DNA of 64,000 nucleotides from Tubiluchus corallicola. Taxonomy: Eukaryota; Animalia; Priapulida. The notes below the pieces were generated by a model, which had not been told where the DNA came from, made no database searches, and saw only the letters and a program-made list of their open reading frames with translations. This document shows positions 27,901-40,379 of the stretch, one piece after another. Position numbers and translations under genes: made by a program. The first letter of the stretch is position 1. Every line of letters starts with the position of its first letter. The stretch spans positions 744,001 to 808,000 of the forward strand of contig JAQGDQ010000034.1 in assembly GCA_030141605.1 (NCBI GenBank), given 5' to 3'.

Positions 27901-29321
27901 CCTGAAGATGTTATCAACAGTACCACAGCCATCGCCTTCAAAGCATGGCGATAGTGGAAGCGAGAATTTCCATTTCTGATCCCCTTTTTCGTTAACCTCT
28001 ACAAGATAGTGAGTGCCACATGGTGATAAACATTAGTCAAGTGATCAGTTTTTGAATTGTAATCACCAATGTGTAGTTTTTGCTAAAAATTTTATTATTT
28101 TTGTTAGAACACTGTGTGATACTTATATTAAATTTTTGTTAGCCATTTATGTTTATGTGGCTTTGATATAAGCTGTTTTCTTGTTTGTCTTGCTTTGAGC
28201 TGATATTTTTTATTCTTGTTTGCCTTTTGTTTTGCTTAGCTTTGAGCTGATTCTTTGTTTGCTTTTTGGTTTGCATTTGCTTGGAGCTGATTTTTTGCTT
28301 TGCCTTGAACTGAATTATGATTTCCGATTGCCTTTTGTTTTGCCTTGTTTTGGATTATTAAATATAAGATATTTACGCTCTGATATTTTTTATTTGCTTC
28401 TTCATTTGCACCTATCAAAAACTTCTGTTGTTAAAAAAGGAGCAGCAAAGCTAGTGACCAATTGGTCTTTCGCTGCTCCTACGCAATTATTATTGAAACA
28501 TTCTACTTCTATAATCATATAATGTGAATCGAATGTTGAGGAAATAAAATCGATTGAATTGAATTTTGCTTATTATCTATTGAGCATAACTTGTCTGGAG
28601 TGTAACTTTACTTCCTTGCGCACCAACATGAATGCTAATATAGGAGGTTTCCAATCTATCCAAATTTATCCAATTGTGTTTTGAACGTGCCGATTGTGGT
28701 GCTATTGACATCATCTTCAGGCAATCAATTCAAATGATTAAACCAGGTACCATAGTCACAGTCACTCTCTTGCACTTTCTCTGGAGCTGAAATACCTTTG
28801 ACATAATGTGGGTTCCAAACTTAACTTGTATATTCAAATATTCAATGTGTGGTTTCACTAGGGCTTTGTACATCGGTATGATGATGACTCTCACTGTACT
28901 AACAATTGCTCGAGAGATAGCTGAATTTGGCAACTTTATCGCTGATGTGCATGTGAAATTTGAGTAGGTCATCCACAACACGCAAATTCTTCTCAGAAAA
29001 AAATTTGCAACAATTCTCAGATTTTGCCTTCGGTAGCACTGTCTCATGTGAAATTCAAAATGCTTCTTTTTGCATACCGGCGTGCATAATAACCGTGCAC
29101 TTAGAAATAAAGCCATCATGGCGTGCCGGATAAATTATTGCACTTGTGCTCTGCGTAAAATTCCATAATAACACATAACACTATTACAAAATCAAACCAC
29201 TGTTTACCTTTTTACAATTCTTTTGTAGCCATGAGCGAATAGCGTCAAATTGGACTACAGTTTCAGGAGATTCAAAAAATTTAACGTTCGGACTCCCGTC
29301 TTTCTTTCTGATGATCACCAT
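3970..29321 (-). CDS. SMARCC2: SWI/SNF complex subunit SMARCC1/SMARCC2 (BAF155/BAF170, Moira)-like, complete spliced gene
   Basis: Exons read manually on the minus strand: 29321-29208 ([21 protein letters not shown]), 27321-27202, 26726-26641, 25646-25332, 23762-23593 (chromo-like, [17 protein letters not shown]), 22150-22030, 21835-21705, 20950-20728 ([15 protein letters not shown]), 20279-20208, 19172-19059, 18549-18393 (SWIRM), 18192-17962, 17521-17326 ([27 protein letters not shown]), 16439-16317, 15435-15265, 13666-13584, 13030-12791, 11645-11511 and 10328-10194 (coiled coil, [29 protein letters not shown]), 9119-8966, 5462-4425 (P/Q-rich), 4073-3970 (TAA). Splice phases are consistent wherever checked. 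Probably the single pro-orthologue of vertebrate SMARCC1/2. Confidence 0.95.
6045..6380. repeat. Local ~90-bp duplication plus a segment repeated in inverted orientation at about 24990-25040
   Basis: TTTTGTTCTTCAGATTCAT...TTTTTTGAGCTT at about 6047 and 6293; AAAGCAAAACCGGACCCAATCTTAAACTGTA has its reverse complement near 25000. Confidence 0.7.
7077..7572. mobile_element. hAT-like MITE
   Basis: TIR TAGGGTTACCATA / TATGGTAACCCTA; 8-bp TSD ATCTATCC / ATCTAACC (one mismatch). Confidence 0.8.
8023..8677. mobile_element. TTAA-flanked MITE (Kolobok-like) copy 1, with an internal duplication
   Basis: ttaa|AAGAAAACCGGATGATTGT ... ACAATCATCCGGTTTTCCT|ttaa; homologous to 16745-17288 but about 110 bp longer. 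Confidence 0.85.
10481..11212. repeat. 31-bp minisatellite, about 23-24 copies
   Basis: Unit AAGCATGTGTATCATTTCCTCAGAAGAAGAT, with some 30-bp variants. Confidence 0.97.
12374..12710. mobile_element. Tc1/mariner (pogo/Tigger-like) MITE
   Basis: ta|CAGTGTTCCCTC ... GAGGGAACACTG|ta, TA TSD. Confidence 0.85.
13310..13503. repeat. Foldback-like MITE with subterminal AAAAAGTCAC-type repeats and a TAGGG spacer
   Basis: A-rich left arm (AAAGTCAG/AAGTCAC repeats), central GGCTAGGGCTAGGAGTTAGG, complementary T-rich right arm. Confidence 0.55.
13920..14135. repeat. Dispersed repeat fragment, second copy at about 15910-16150
   Basis: Shared AAAACTTATTATAC...TGGAAATTGA...GCTTTTCTTC...CTTATCACA.TTTTGTTA. 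Confidence 0.65.
14500..14745. mobile_element. Short MITE with perfect 36-bp TIRs
   Basis: CAAGCATTAACTTTGTGATTTCTTGAGTTTTATTGT / ACAATAAAACTCAAGAAATCACAAAGTTAATGCTTG; the internal sequence recurs at about 17760-17890. Confidence 0.8.
14800..15243. mobile_element. Tc1/mariner-like MITE
   Basis: ta|CCGTATTTTCCCGTGTATAAGAGACCC ... GGGTCTCTTATACACGGGAAAATACGG|ta, with internal repeats of GGGTCTCTTATACA. Confidence 0.88.
16745..17288. mobile_element. TTAA-flanked MITE (Kolobok-like) copy 2
   Basis: ttaa|AGGAAAACCGGATGATTG ... CAATCGCCTGGTTTTACT|ttaa; colinear with 8023-8677. Confidence 0.85.
19500..20110. repeat. Decayed CpG-rich (TCGCGA/TTCGC-motif) repeat, probably a DNA-transposon relic
   Basis: Dense TCGC/GCGA motifs contrast with the surrounding intron; no clear TIR was identified. 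Confidence 0.4.
23776..23990. repeat. ~46-bp tandem repeat, about 5 copies plus decayed copies to ~24110
   Basis: Core AAGCATGTGCCTCAACTATGACAATTACACCAA. Confidence 0.9.
27850..27950 (+). mobile_element. CR1-type LINE ORF2 C-terminal remnant
   Basis: [29 protein letters not shown] resembles the FFSxRVVNxWNSLPxxVV...FK motif. Confidence 0.6.
28730..28885 (-). mobile_element. CR1/L2-type LINE ORF2 remnant
   Basis: Translates with frameshifts as [11 protein letters not shown]...WNPHYVK...EKVQ...MVPGL, matching the CR1-type motif LYKxLVRPHLEY..WxP...EKVQRRAT. Confidence 0.7.
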
Positions 29322-31059
<1,738 letters not shown>

Positions 31060-34000
31060 ATGCAAGCACTTGTAGATTTTGAAGTAAGGGTATTAGCTAT
31101 ATTAAATCAGTGAATACCCGGGTGAGGTCGTTTTTCCATTTCGTAAACTGAACGTAATTTGATTTAAACCTACATTTTCGATAAAAGTGAGTAGGCCTAT
31201 GCTGTTAATTGCACAGTAACTTGTATGGGTATATTTTCCGGCATTCTAGTAGCTTTAATAATCTGTTAATGCGTCTTGTGCCTAAATTGGTTGTTTGCAA
31301 AGTCCGGTTATTGCGCTAATTGTTTTCTTGTAGTTGTAAGTTTCATAGGGATTGTAGTAAATCCTTAAATTAAACCCATGGTTAAACTACAGGTAAATCC
31401 TGTAGATTAAACAAATCTTTAAAAGTAAACTGTCTGAATCAAAGTGGACTAGTTGGCATCAATGCTTGTAGTGCAACATAACAAAATTTGTAATGTTCAA
31501 TTTCCAGGATTTATATTCTAGGAAAAATAAGCATTTGCATGTACTTGATTTTTTTGCATGTACCACCTAAGAATTTTTACAATTGCAATCTTAGCAGAAT
31601 TTGTAGGTAAACATTTTCTTTTCAAAGCGTAGTGAATCGTGGAATTGTGATTCGTCTCCGAAACAATCTAGTTCACTCATCGTTGAACAAAAAATGAATC
31701 TGCATCTGTATTAACATAGTTTCACTGCACACCAACCTTCCTAAGAATATATTATAATGCAAAATTTGTATTCACTGAAGGTAATTCACTTTTTTTGAAA
31801 TAATATATGTTATAGTATTGTAAATTTTTTTATTTATGCCAAATCAACAGACTGCACTCAATAAACAGCAAGTTAAGCAATTTCATAAAAATCTGCAATT
31901 TCTCAGGTGAATGACGTAAAATAAACGTAGCAAGTAACCTACTAATCTTTGAGAATGCTGGAACATAACATGTTATATGATCTTAAATATATGATTTTGC
32001 CGGAATGTTGTAGTTTGGTTTACTAACTATTCCCGTGTTTAACATCTTTGTTTAGTGAGTTTGAACTGCACGGACTTTCCTTCATCTACAGTATTTCTTT
32101 GGCAGTCACAGTTCATTTTCAGCTTACACTAACATTGGTGCATGCAAGTGCAATCACACTGGTGGAAGAAAGGAATTAACACAGCACAATGGGAACAGTA
32201 ATTATTAGTTTTTTATTTTGTTGGAAAGCACTATGGTAGAGTGGTACAGCGCTGGGCTGCCAATACCGAGGGCTCTGGGTTCGAGCCATACTCTGATGCG
32301 TCTGGATTTTTCGAGCCATGTTCTACTCAAACAGGAATCTCTGATCATTTTCCTATATGTTCTCAGTGCTAATTGAGTACCTGGTCATTTAGTGGGGTTA
32401 ATTACCTGTCTTCCTTTTCCTCTGTGGCTTTGTGAATATTAAACAGGTGCTGTACCTTACACACCATTTGTCATTTTATGGTTTAAAATGGCTTTATGAA
32501 GGAGATTCTATGTTTAAAAATGTACATTGTACTGTCAAACGGCAATAGTGTGGCATATTTCTGTCGTAGCTAAATAATTTGACACTAGACTGGCAAAAGT
32601 TGTTAACAATACATCACGCTCACATGGCTCCTTTTGGCTTAATGGTGTTACATCAATGTTTTTATAACAGTCTATCCGCTTTATCTGCCTCAAGATTTTG
32701 AATTTTTCAAAATTTTTGAAATATAAAAATTTCAGAACATTGCGAATTACTCTTTTCCGTGTTTTTAGTTTTGCGATTCCCTTGATTTAGCATAAGTAAT
32801 GATTTGGGACATCTAACTTAGATATGACAAAATTTAGGTGTTTAAGTACATGACAGTTTAAAATACAGTCATACCTCAGTTTTCGACCATAATTCGTTCC
32901 TAAAAAATGTTTGAAAACCGATTTGGTTGAGTAACGAATCATTTATTCCCACAAGAAATAATGTAAAAGCAAATAATCTGTTCTCGAGCACCAAATGAAC
33001 TGTAAAGTATTACTAAAACGAAATATAATAAGGCAAAAATGTTTATTCAAACAGTAGATGTGATATTATTGATAAGAAAAACAATAGAATTCCATAGAAA
33101 GAAAAACATAATTATTCCTGCATGAAAAAACCTTACGTGTTGGTAGCAGTGGGATGGTATACGTAAGGAAGAGCAGAAACACATGTGTGACTACTCTTGG
33201 GTGCGGTCGGTTACGCTCGGCTCTACTTGGCTCGCCGCGCGTGCGTTCATCACGTGCTTGGCGGTTGGTCGAGAACGGAGACAATTTCAACTTGAATTTT
33301 CTGGTCGAAAACTGATTTGTACGAGTGCTGAGACGTTCGAAAACTGAGGTATGACTGTAGGTTGTTTGTGCAATAAGCATTAGTTGTAATAACAACATTA
33401 AATAGAACATTAACACTGTCGATTTCCTCGTATTGTTGGTGCACGACTCGGTTTCAAGATTATTTTAGCGGTTTTAACACTTTTTTACATTGATAATGTA
33501 TATATTTCTATATAATGCCCGAAAACCTAGGTTGCAATTTTGGGCTAAAGTTTACAAGTCCCCACACACAAGAAATTAGTTCGTGAAACTGATTAGTGTT
33601 AGGGTTAGGATTAAGATTAGGGCGAGGGCTGGGTTAGGATTAGGGTGAATGAGAGTTAGGGTTAACGCTAGGGTTGGAGTATGGAAATTGCATGGGGAAT
33701 CTCCTTCCTAATGTTGTTATAATTTTGATAGTGAGTTCTACTCGTTTACTTATCCTATTATATTGAATTTCAGGATATTACCCTGTACACGGTCAAAGCT
33801 ATCATCGTCATGGATAATGACGGCAATCGGTTACTTGCAAAGGTAAATACGACGTAACCTATAAAGACTTTAAGTTTTAATGAAAAGCTTGTTAATCTGT
33901 TACCTTGTGCAGCAGTGGTATATGCTAACAAGCTAGGCTAAGCTACTTGTTTCTGTTTCAACTTTGCATTTCTTCTGTTTTGCAAAAATGTGTTGAGGAA

Positions 34001-37000
34001 CCATCCACATATAATGTTATCAAGTTTTAGACCATATCTACCTTGCGTTATAATGTTGTTGTCATGTGCTCCAACACCTATCTACCCCTTATACTGATAT
34101 CGATGTCATGCCGGTGTAGCTTTTTGTGCATGTTATTCTTCCTCCTCTCAAGGACAGTCAACAACATCACTTGTGTTAATTAACAGGAAACCATCTGTGG
34201 GTTCTACTGGCATGGTGGTGGATGTGGCGCAGTCCAAATTCATTGAACTCATTCTCATCGACCCATCCTCTAGATTCTCTAGACTCATCATCCTCTTTAC
34301 AGCCGAGTTACAACCTCCACATCAACTTTAAAAAAGCATGAAGTCATATAACCAGTCAGAGATGGATATCATGACTAAATCACATATCTACCTTGTGTTA
34401 TAATTGAGTTATTACCTACCGACTCTAAACTTGATATCGTTATATGTGGAAAGCCCCTGATATGAATGAATTACAATATTGTTACTAAGTAGTGTTGATA
34501 TGAACGAATATGTGTCTCATACTGGAGTATCATCAGATAAATTTTTAAATTTGTTTTAGAATTTAAAGCAAATGAGTTTTCTAATTTCAGTACTATGATA
34601 ACACATTCCCCACAGTAAAGCAGCAGCGTGATTTTGAGCAAAGTTTATTTAACAAGACGCACAGGGCAAACGGTAAGCAATTCTTTATCTAATACAACAG
34701 TGCTAATACTGCCACATCAGAGCTAATATTAATACTAACACAGCACTCTTAATCATGATCTAATGCAGTAAAATGTCTACCATAGAGACCACCACCAACA
34801 TTGTTTCAATAGTATGAATGGTCCTTATGTAACAGGTCCTTGTGTAGAATAATATTATGGACGTTTCTGAAGTCGGGAGTCTCTTGTTAAATTATGTTAT
34901 ATTAAATTGTTATAGGCCATCAGTCGTAAAATTTTTCTACCAGTCAGTATTGGTGGTAATTTTTATTCGTTATTTGTAGTTAATGGCAATAGTAACTGTT
35001 GATTATATTTTTCAGCCGAAGTTATGTTACTGGACGGTTTTACTTGCTTATATAGAACCAGCGTAGATCTGTATTTTGCAGTCATAGGAAATTCGCGTGA
35101 AAATGAGGTTTGTTTTTTTACCATTGTTTGGTCAGCTAGTCGCATCACCGGGAACATAATTCGATGTCTTATTTTTCAAATGTTGATTCAATCAAACTTT
35201 TGTGTACTGGGCAAACGGAATTTCGAACTTACATGTATATATGTGGCTGGCTGACAGTTCCAAAATGAATACATTTCTGTTTGTTAACTATTGTTAAACC
35301 AAGTTGCATGAGAGAGTGTTTTAGTACAGTATTAGTCCTCGGTTAAGGGCTTAACAACGCTAATGCAAAATAAAATGTAAAGCAAATTGTCCGTAAATGC
35401 AGCACTTTTCGTAGAAAACATTCTAGTGGAAAACTTAATAACGTCTAATTCATATAAATTAAACAATTTGTGAGTTTTATCCATATTTCTTCTTTGTAAT
35501 TTCTTTCCGCTTGCTTGAAACCACTTATCTTTCTTACCTATCTCTAGCTGATGGTATCTTTCTCGTAACTTTGAAGTCTGTTCGCAGTCAGTGGTTACAC
35601 ACTGCATTAGGAAAAATGACAAGCATTTGGCGGTCTCGGGATAATGTAGACACTGGTTGCTATAGCAACAGGTTGATGGCAGAATTCTTTTGCACAAAGT
35701 TTGCGCTCACGTGCGTTGAGGTGTAATCACAAGCACAAATTGCTTTAGCATTAAGCAGTTACTTTGAGACAAAAACATAAATTATATTAGACTATCTGAC
35801 TTTACAATAATATTTTAGAACAAAATACATTATATGGCATGTGATGCATTCTTAGGCCGGATACAAAAAATTTTTTCTGTCTTATCTCATGAGCTTAAAA
35901 GATGTCAGTAGGGAAGGAGGCAACATTTTTGAATGTTGAAGGCTGAATCGTAGATTACATTTAAAATCAGTTGAAATCAAAGTTTGTTTATTTCCCACTA
36001 GTTAGCAGTAATGTTTTAAATTTTTTTCAATGCATAGTTTTGCACACTTTGTTTTTTAGTTTCGCTTTACTAAATTATTGTATAATAATCGAAATTAAAA
36101 AAATACACTTTTACATGATAGCATCAAGTAAGTACAAAACATTCATTGTATGAACGTACAAAAAAATTATAAAATTCCGGACCGGGTGCACGATAAAAAA
36201 ATATTACGTGTACGATTAGACGAAAACAGAAGCATGATTATTGTCAGCCTTATGTGGGTTGTTTGTTTTTTGGTTTTTGGCTGTTTATATCTGCAACTTA
36301 CTAGTATCACTCACTATTTTTCAGTTAATGCTGTTAAGTGTACTGAACTGTTTGTACGAATCCGTTAGCCAAATACTCCGCAAGGATGTGGAAAAACGAA
36401 GCTTTCTGGACAACATGGATGCAATGTTGCTCACTGTAGATGAAATTTGTGATGAAGGGTAGGTTGCCCTATTTTTTACGGCATCTCCATCGTAAACCTC
36501 AGCCGGGTTGGGTGATCTCCGATTTGCAGATATAAGATAGCTTGTGCTAAAACACGTTTGCAAGATGGGTAGGGATGCAATAGTTTTGTCGTGGCCAAAA
36601 GCTAGCACTATGCCTGAAGTACTGAAGTTGTGTAGAATAAGCATAAAATTTGAATCACTTGTACTGGCTTTCCCCGAAAGTTTTATTTTTTGGTAAATTG
36701 AAAAATTAAAGTAACAAAAAAATAAAACGGAAGGTGATTTTTGGGTACTGTTGAGCTTTTTTATGTTGTTATTGACATTTCACAACACTTTATATATTAA
36801 ATATGCTCTTTTGTACACTTTACAAAAGCTCAATAACACCCAAAAGTTTGTTTTCCAATAATTGTAATAGCTTTTAGTGTAACCTTTTTTTGCTTTACAT
36901 TTATGCATGTTTTTCATTTGCTAATTTTCTTCAGATTCACTACATATTTAATGTAAAATTAATTGCTCATGTTGCTAATCCAGTTTACTAATAATAAGGG

Positions 37001-39714
37001 TGACTGATTTAAATAACTATTGAGTTTTCCCCACTCTTCCCTTAAATTGTATTTCAATTTAGTAATAATTATAAGTGTGATATGTAACAAAAGGGAAAAT
37101 AAAATGAATCTGAATCTGAATTTGTAACATACATCGTCAGACTCATGAATGCTACTGTATTATTGAGAGTAGTACCAATAATTGTGTTGTGGTTGGTATT
37201 GATGGCAAAGGAAGCCAGGTGATTTGCAGACGTGCGTGTGAAGTTGTGTGTGTGGAATTGCACGAGAACTGAAATTTGATACGTGTGAAAGGCTAAAAAT
37301 GCATGTGATACACGCCTAAAGCGTGAGAGATGGAAGGTCTGTTATTTGAATTTAATATAATGAACTTTGTCGTTTTCTTACGTAACTTGTATTATGCAAG
37401 GACCATTTACAGCTTACCTACGGCCATATCACGTTGAAAACAGGTTCTCGTCTGATCATCGAAGTTAAGCAACGTTGAGCCTGGTTAGTACGTGGATGGT
37501 TGACCGCCCAGGAATACCAGGTGCTGTAGGCTTGCGGGATGCCCACACTGTATATCGACACTAGGCGGAGGAGCTGCACAAGCAGCCAACCGCTAGAGGG
37601 CGGAGGAGGTCAAGTGACCCAACGGCCATGTGTAGAGGAGTAAACCTTCCAAATCAGGAGTGGAGCCCCGAAGGCAGACCAGTGCAGCATGCTCGCTGAC
37701 CCCGGCAGTTCCTGGAGCCAACCTGGTGCCAAACGTATCGCTCTGCTTTCCTTTGGACTACACCAGGGAGGAAGAGAGGGGGTTCCTGTTGTCTGGGCAA
37801 CTCAGGATCTCCAGGCGTGCGCCCTGGAGAGGACACTCTAGTGGTTCAAGGATCGGACTGCTCAGCCACAGTCGACGCTGCAGCTCCATCAATGTGATCT
37901 AACTGACTCTCTTGGCACACAGTCCATTGTCTTCCGAGACAGAAGGATGCCAACATCAACATCTAGTTACAGCTTTTGGTGTTATAGTGTTGTATCAGAA
38001 AGTATAATGGGTTTGCATGCTGTTTGATTAGGCTTGCAAGTGCATCATCTTTCTGAACGTGTAGAATCAGCAGTCCAGTGCAAAAACTAGGGGTAAATAT
38101 GTCGAGGCATGTATCCAATTTTAAAACCTGTTTTTCTTTATTAGAAAGGCCAAAAAGTGGCGGAGCTTTCCTTTCTGTAATGCTTAAGTAAAAAGATATT
38201 CTTTTTCAAAATCATCAAACCGCTTTTCGTTCCAGAATAATCATGGAATCTGATCCTTCAGAAGTTGTCCACCGTGTGGCGCTACGAGCCGATGATATAT
38301 CACTTGGTGAACAAACTGTAGCACAGGTAAAATTGTTGTTTTATACGAATTCAGTTTAACACAACACAGTAAGTTGCCTCTTAACGACGCCCCCTTTGGT
38401 GATTTTTTTTACTATTGCTAATGTTTTGCCATCCTTTTCTTCCATTTTCTCATTTAATGAATACATATGTGTACATATGTGTGCTTGCAAACCAAAACCG
38501 TCCATAAGTCGGCATAGTTAACTACGTTATGATGCTAAAAAGTAGAAAGTACCGAAAATTTGGCCAAATGTCGATTTTTTAGGTTTTATGAAAACAAATG
38601 CTAAATATATTAGACTTTTATATTCTAGCATCAAATTATGAGGAAAATGTCTAAAAAATACTAAAAATGTAATTTTATAACTCCCTTACCCACTTTTCCA
38701 TCTACAAACTAGTACTGCAATTGTAAAAAAAACTTGTATTTTCCAACTCCGATTGTAGCTTTGGATTTTTTCTGTCGACAAGACCAGATTTTCGTCAGGA
38801 AGAGTCATCTACTGGATTTAAACGTAACTTCAATTTGCTCTTGTAAAGTCCATAGCAACCCCACTTTCGTGTGGTTGCTAAGTGTTTTGTAGAGGCTCGA
38901 GAAAAAAATAGTGGCTAATCTTAACAGCGTTTTTCTCAAGATTACGTTTTTCAGTGCGTAGCCTGCACCTCAATTTCAACGTGGAATATCTCAGCTTAGA
39001 AGTAGCATAGAGCAATGAGCTTGGTATAAATGATCCTCATGAAATGGAGATTCAGGATATGTGAATAACTAGAAAAGCTTAATTGCCGACTTATGGACGA
39101 TTTTGCTATGCAAGCACACATATAAATTTTTTATATTAACAGTTTGTCAAAAAGCTGTTGCTCATATAAGTTGCCTCCTGTAACTGTTTTTGATTTATAT
39201 TTGGTTTTACAAGACTGATAGACATCTAGTGCATTATGACAACTTTCACTGATACATGATTAAAATTATACCGTAAATGTATTGATTTATATTTGTGTAT
39301 AGGCACTTACATAAGGCTATACACTTACATAATATCTTTGTATATGTCTACTTTGTATACTTGATCATAACCTTGTACTTGATTCACAATGCAGAAAGAC
39401 CGCCAATGAGCCGAATTGATTTGTCATTCGTATCTTTAAAAAAGGACTTAGTAGGCCGTTCCCGTATGCACGTATTAAAACGCTCCACTGAGTCTTTAAC
39501 AGTAGAATCACAAAATGTTAGAAACAAGCTTTTAGATCTATTATTGAAGCTCTGACTCTCTGACGTGTACGTCGATTTTAAGGACCAATATTAGACAACT
39601 GCCAGTTGAAACTGTATAATCAACACCTACTTTTTTTATGAATGTGCACATTTCTTTTTGTTGCAGGTTTTACAATCAGCAAAGGAACAGTTAAAGTGGT
39701 CACTGTTGAAATAG
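31060..39714 (+). CDS. COPZ1: Coatomer subunit zeta (COPZ1/COPZ2 pro-orthologue), complete spliced gene
   Basis: Exons: 31060-31083 (MQALVDFE then gtaagg; the least certain exon), 33774-33842 ([23 protein letters not shown]), 34591-34672, 35016-35107, 36325-36458 ([32 protein letters not shown]), 38236-38326, 39667-39714 ([15 protein letters not shown] stop). All introns are GT-AG and phases are consistent. The protein is recognisably zeta-COP. Confidence 0.95.
32228..32420 (+). mobile_element. tRNA-derived SINE (decayed)
   Basis: Pol III A box TGGTAGAGTGG and B box GGTTCGAGCC at tRNA-like spacing, no intact cloverleaf; downstream AATTGAGTACCTGG resembles a SINE core motif. The 3' boundary is approximate. 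Confidence 0.6.
32866..33357. mobile_element. Tc1/mariner (Tigger-like) MITE
   Basis: ta|CAGTCATACCTCAGTTTTCGA ... TCGAAAACTGAGGTATGACTG|ta. Confidence 0.88.
33550..33710. repeat. Short element with an internal degenerate (TTAGGG)n tract, copy 1
   Basis: TTTACAAGTCCCACACACAAGAAATTAGTTCGTG followed by TTAGGG variants; the same leader occurs at 60974. Confidence 0.7.
33997..34457. mobile_element. PIF/Harbinger-like MITE
   Basis: Imperfect TIR TCCACATATAATGTTATCAAGTTTTAGA / TCTAAACTTGATATCGTTATATGTGGA; 3-bp TGA on both flanks. Confidence 0.65.
37416..37533 (+). rRNA. 5S rRNA-like sequence (head of the SINE3 element, probably not a bona fide 5S gene)
   Basis: CCTACGGCCAT...TCTCGTCTGATC...GAAGTTAAGC (box A)...GTTAGTAC...GGATGG..GACCGCC (box C)...GGAATACCAGGTGCTGTAGGCTT, about 118 nt. 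It is not followed by an oligo-T terminator. Confidence 0.85.
37416..37966 (+). mobile_element. 5S rRNA-derived SINE (SINE3-type), 551 bp, in COPZ intron 5
   Basis: 5S rRNA head at 37416-37533, then a GC-rich ~430-bp body, a 3' stem-loop TGTCT-TCCG-AGACA and a (CAACAT)2 tail. Flanked by the 9-bp direct repeat TTACAGCTT (37407-37415 and 37967-37975). No TTTT terminator inside the element. Confidence 0.85.
38477..39121. mobile_element. MITE family A copy 2
   Basis: TIRs ATGTGTGCTTGCAAACCAAAACCGTCCATAAGTCGGCA / TGCCGACTTATGGACGATTTTGCTATGCAAGCACACAT; similar along its length to 2863-3506. Confidence 0.85.
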
Positions 39715-40295
39715 TTTTTACTCCATGAGAAAAGCATTAGTGGACCAGCATATCAAGCGATACCGTAATGAATCAAATTGTTTTCCTGAGCTGGTGATGT
39801 ACATATAAAAAGATATTTATATTGTTGTGGGAACTCTAACTACATTGTATGACTGTAGCACATTATTGGGAGGAAAACCTAATGCATCGCTACTGAACCT
39901 TTTTTCACTGGATGGCTTCTGTGGTTTTTCAATTTAATCAACTCTAAACATTGGTGAAACACTTGGTTTTCGAACAGCTTTTATACAAACAACTAATATT
40001 GTTATTCAAAATACTGCTGCTATGCATCTGCCACGAAGCTGTGCAAAATATCTAAATTCAAGATGGTTGCATAAAAAATTTTGTTTTTGTACCAAGTGTC
40101 AACTTTTTTGGTAGAGGATTAAATGGATTATTATGACAATGCAAGGCACATTTTGAATTGGAATGAGATATAGTCTTCATCAGAATGACTGAATGTGTGG
40201 GAATGCCATTTGTTTATGATGTTCTTTGAATGATCATAGACTTATCATTTTTCATTAAATTTAAGACAGTGAGAATGCAAAATTTTTTACCGTCG

Positions 40296-40379
40296 GTTCT
40301 CGGAACTGTTTCTTTAACAGGTGAGAAAACTATGAGAGTTCTCGGAACTGTTTCTTTAACAGGTGAGAAAACTATGAGA
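40296..40379. repeat. 42-bp perfect tandem duplication
   Basis: GTTCTCGGAACTGTTTCTTTAACAGGTGAGAAAACTATGAGA x2. Confidence 0.95.

Noticed and set aside
32228-32305. tRNA gene
   Set aside because: A and B boxes are present, but the acceptor stem and cloverleaf do not form; better explained as a SINE head.
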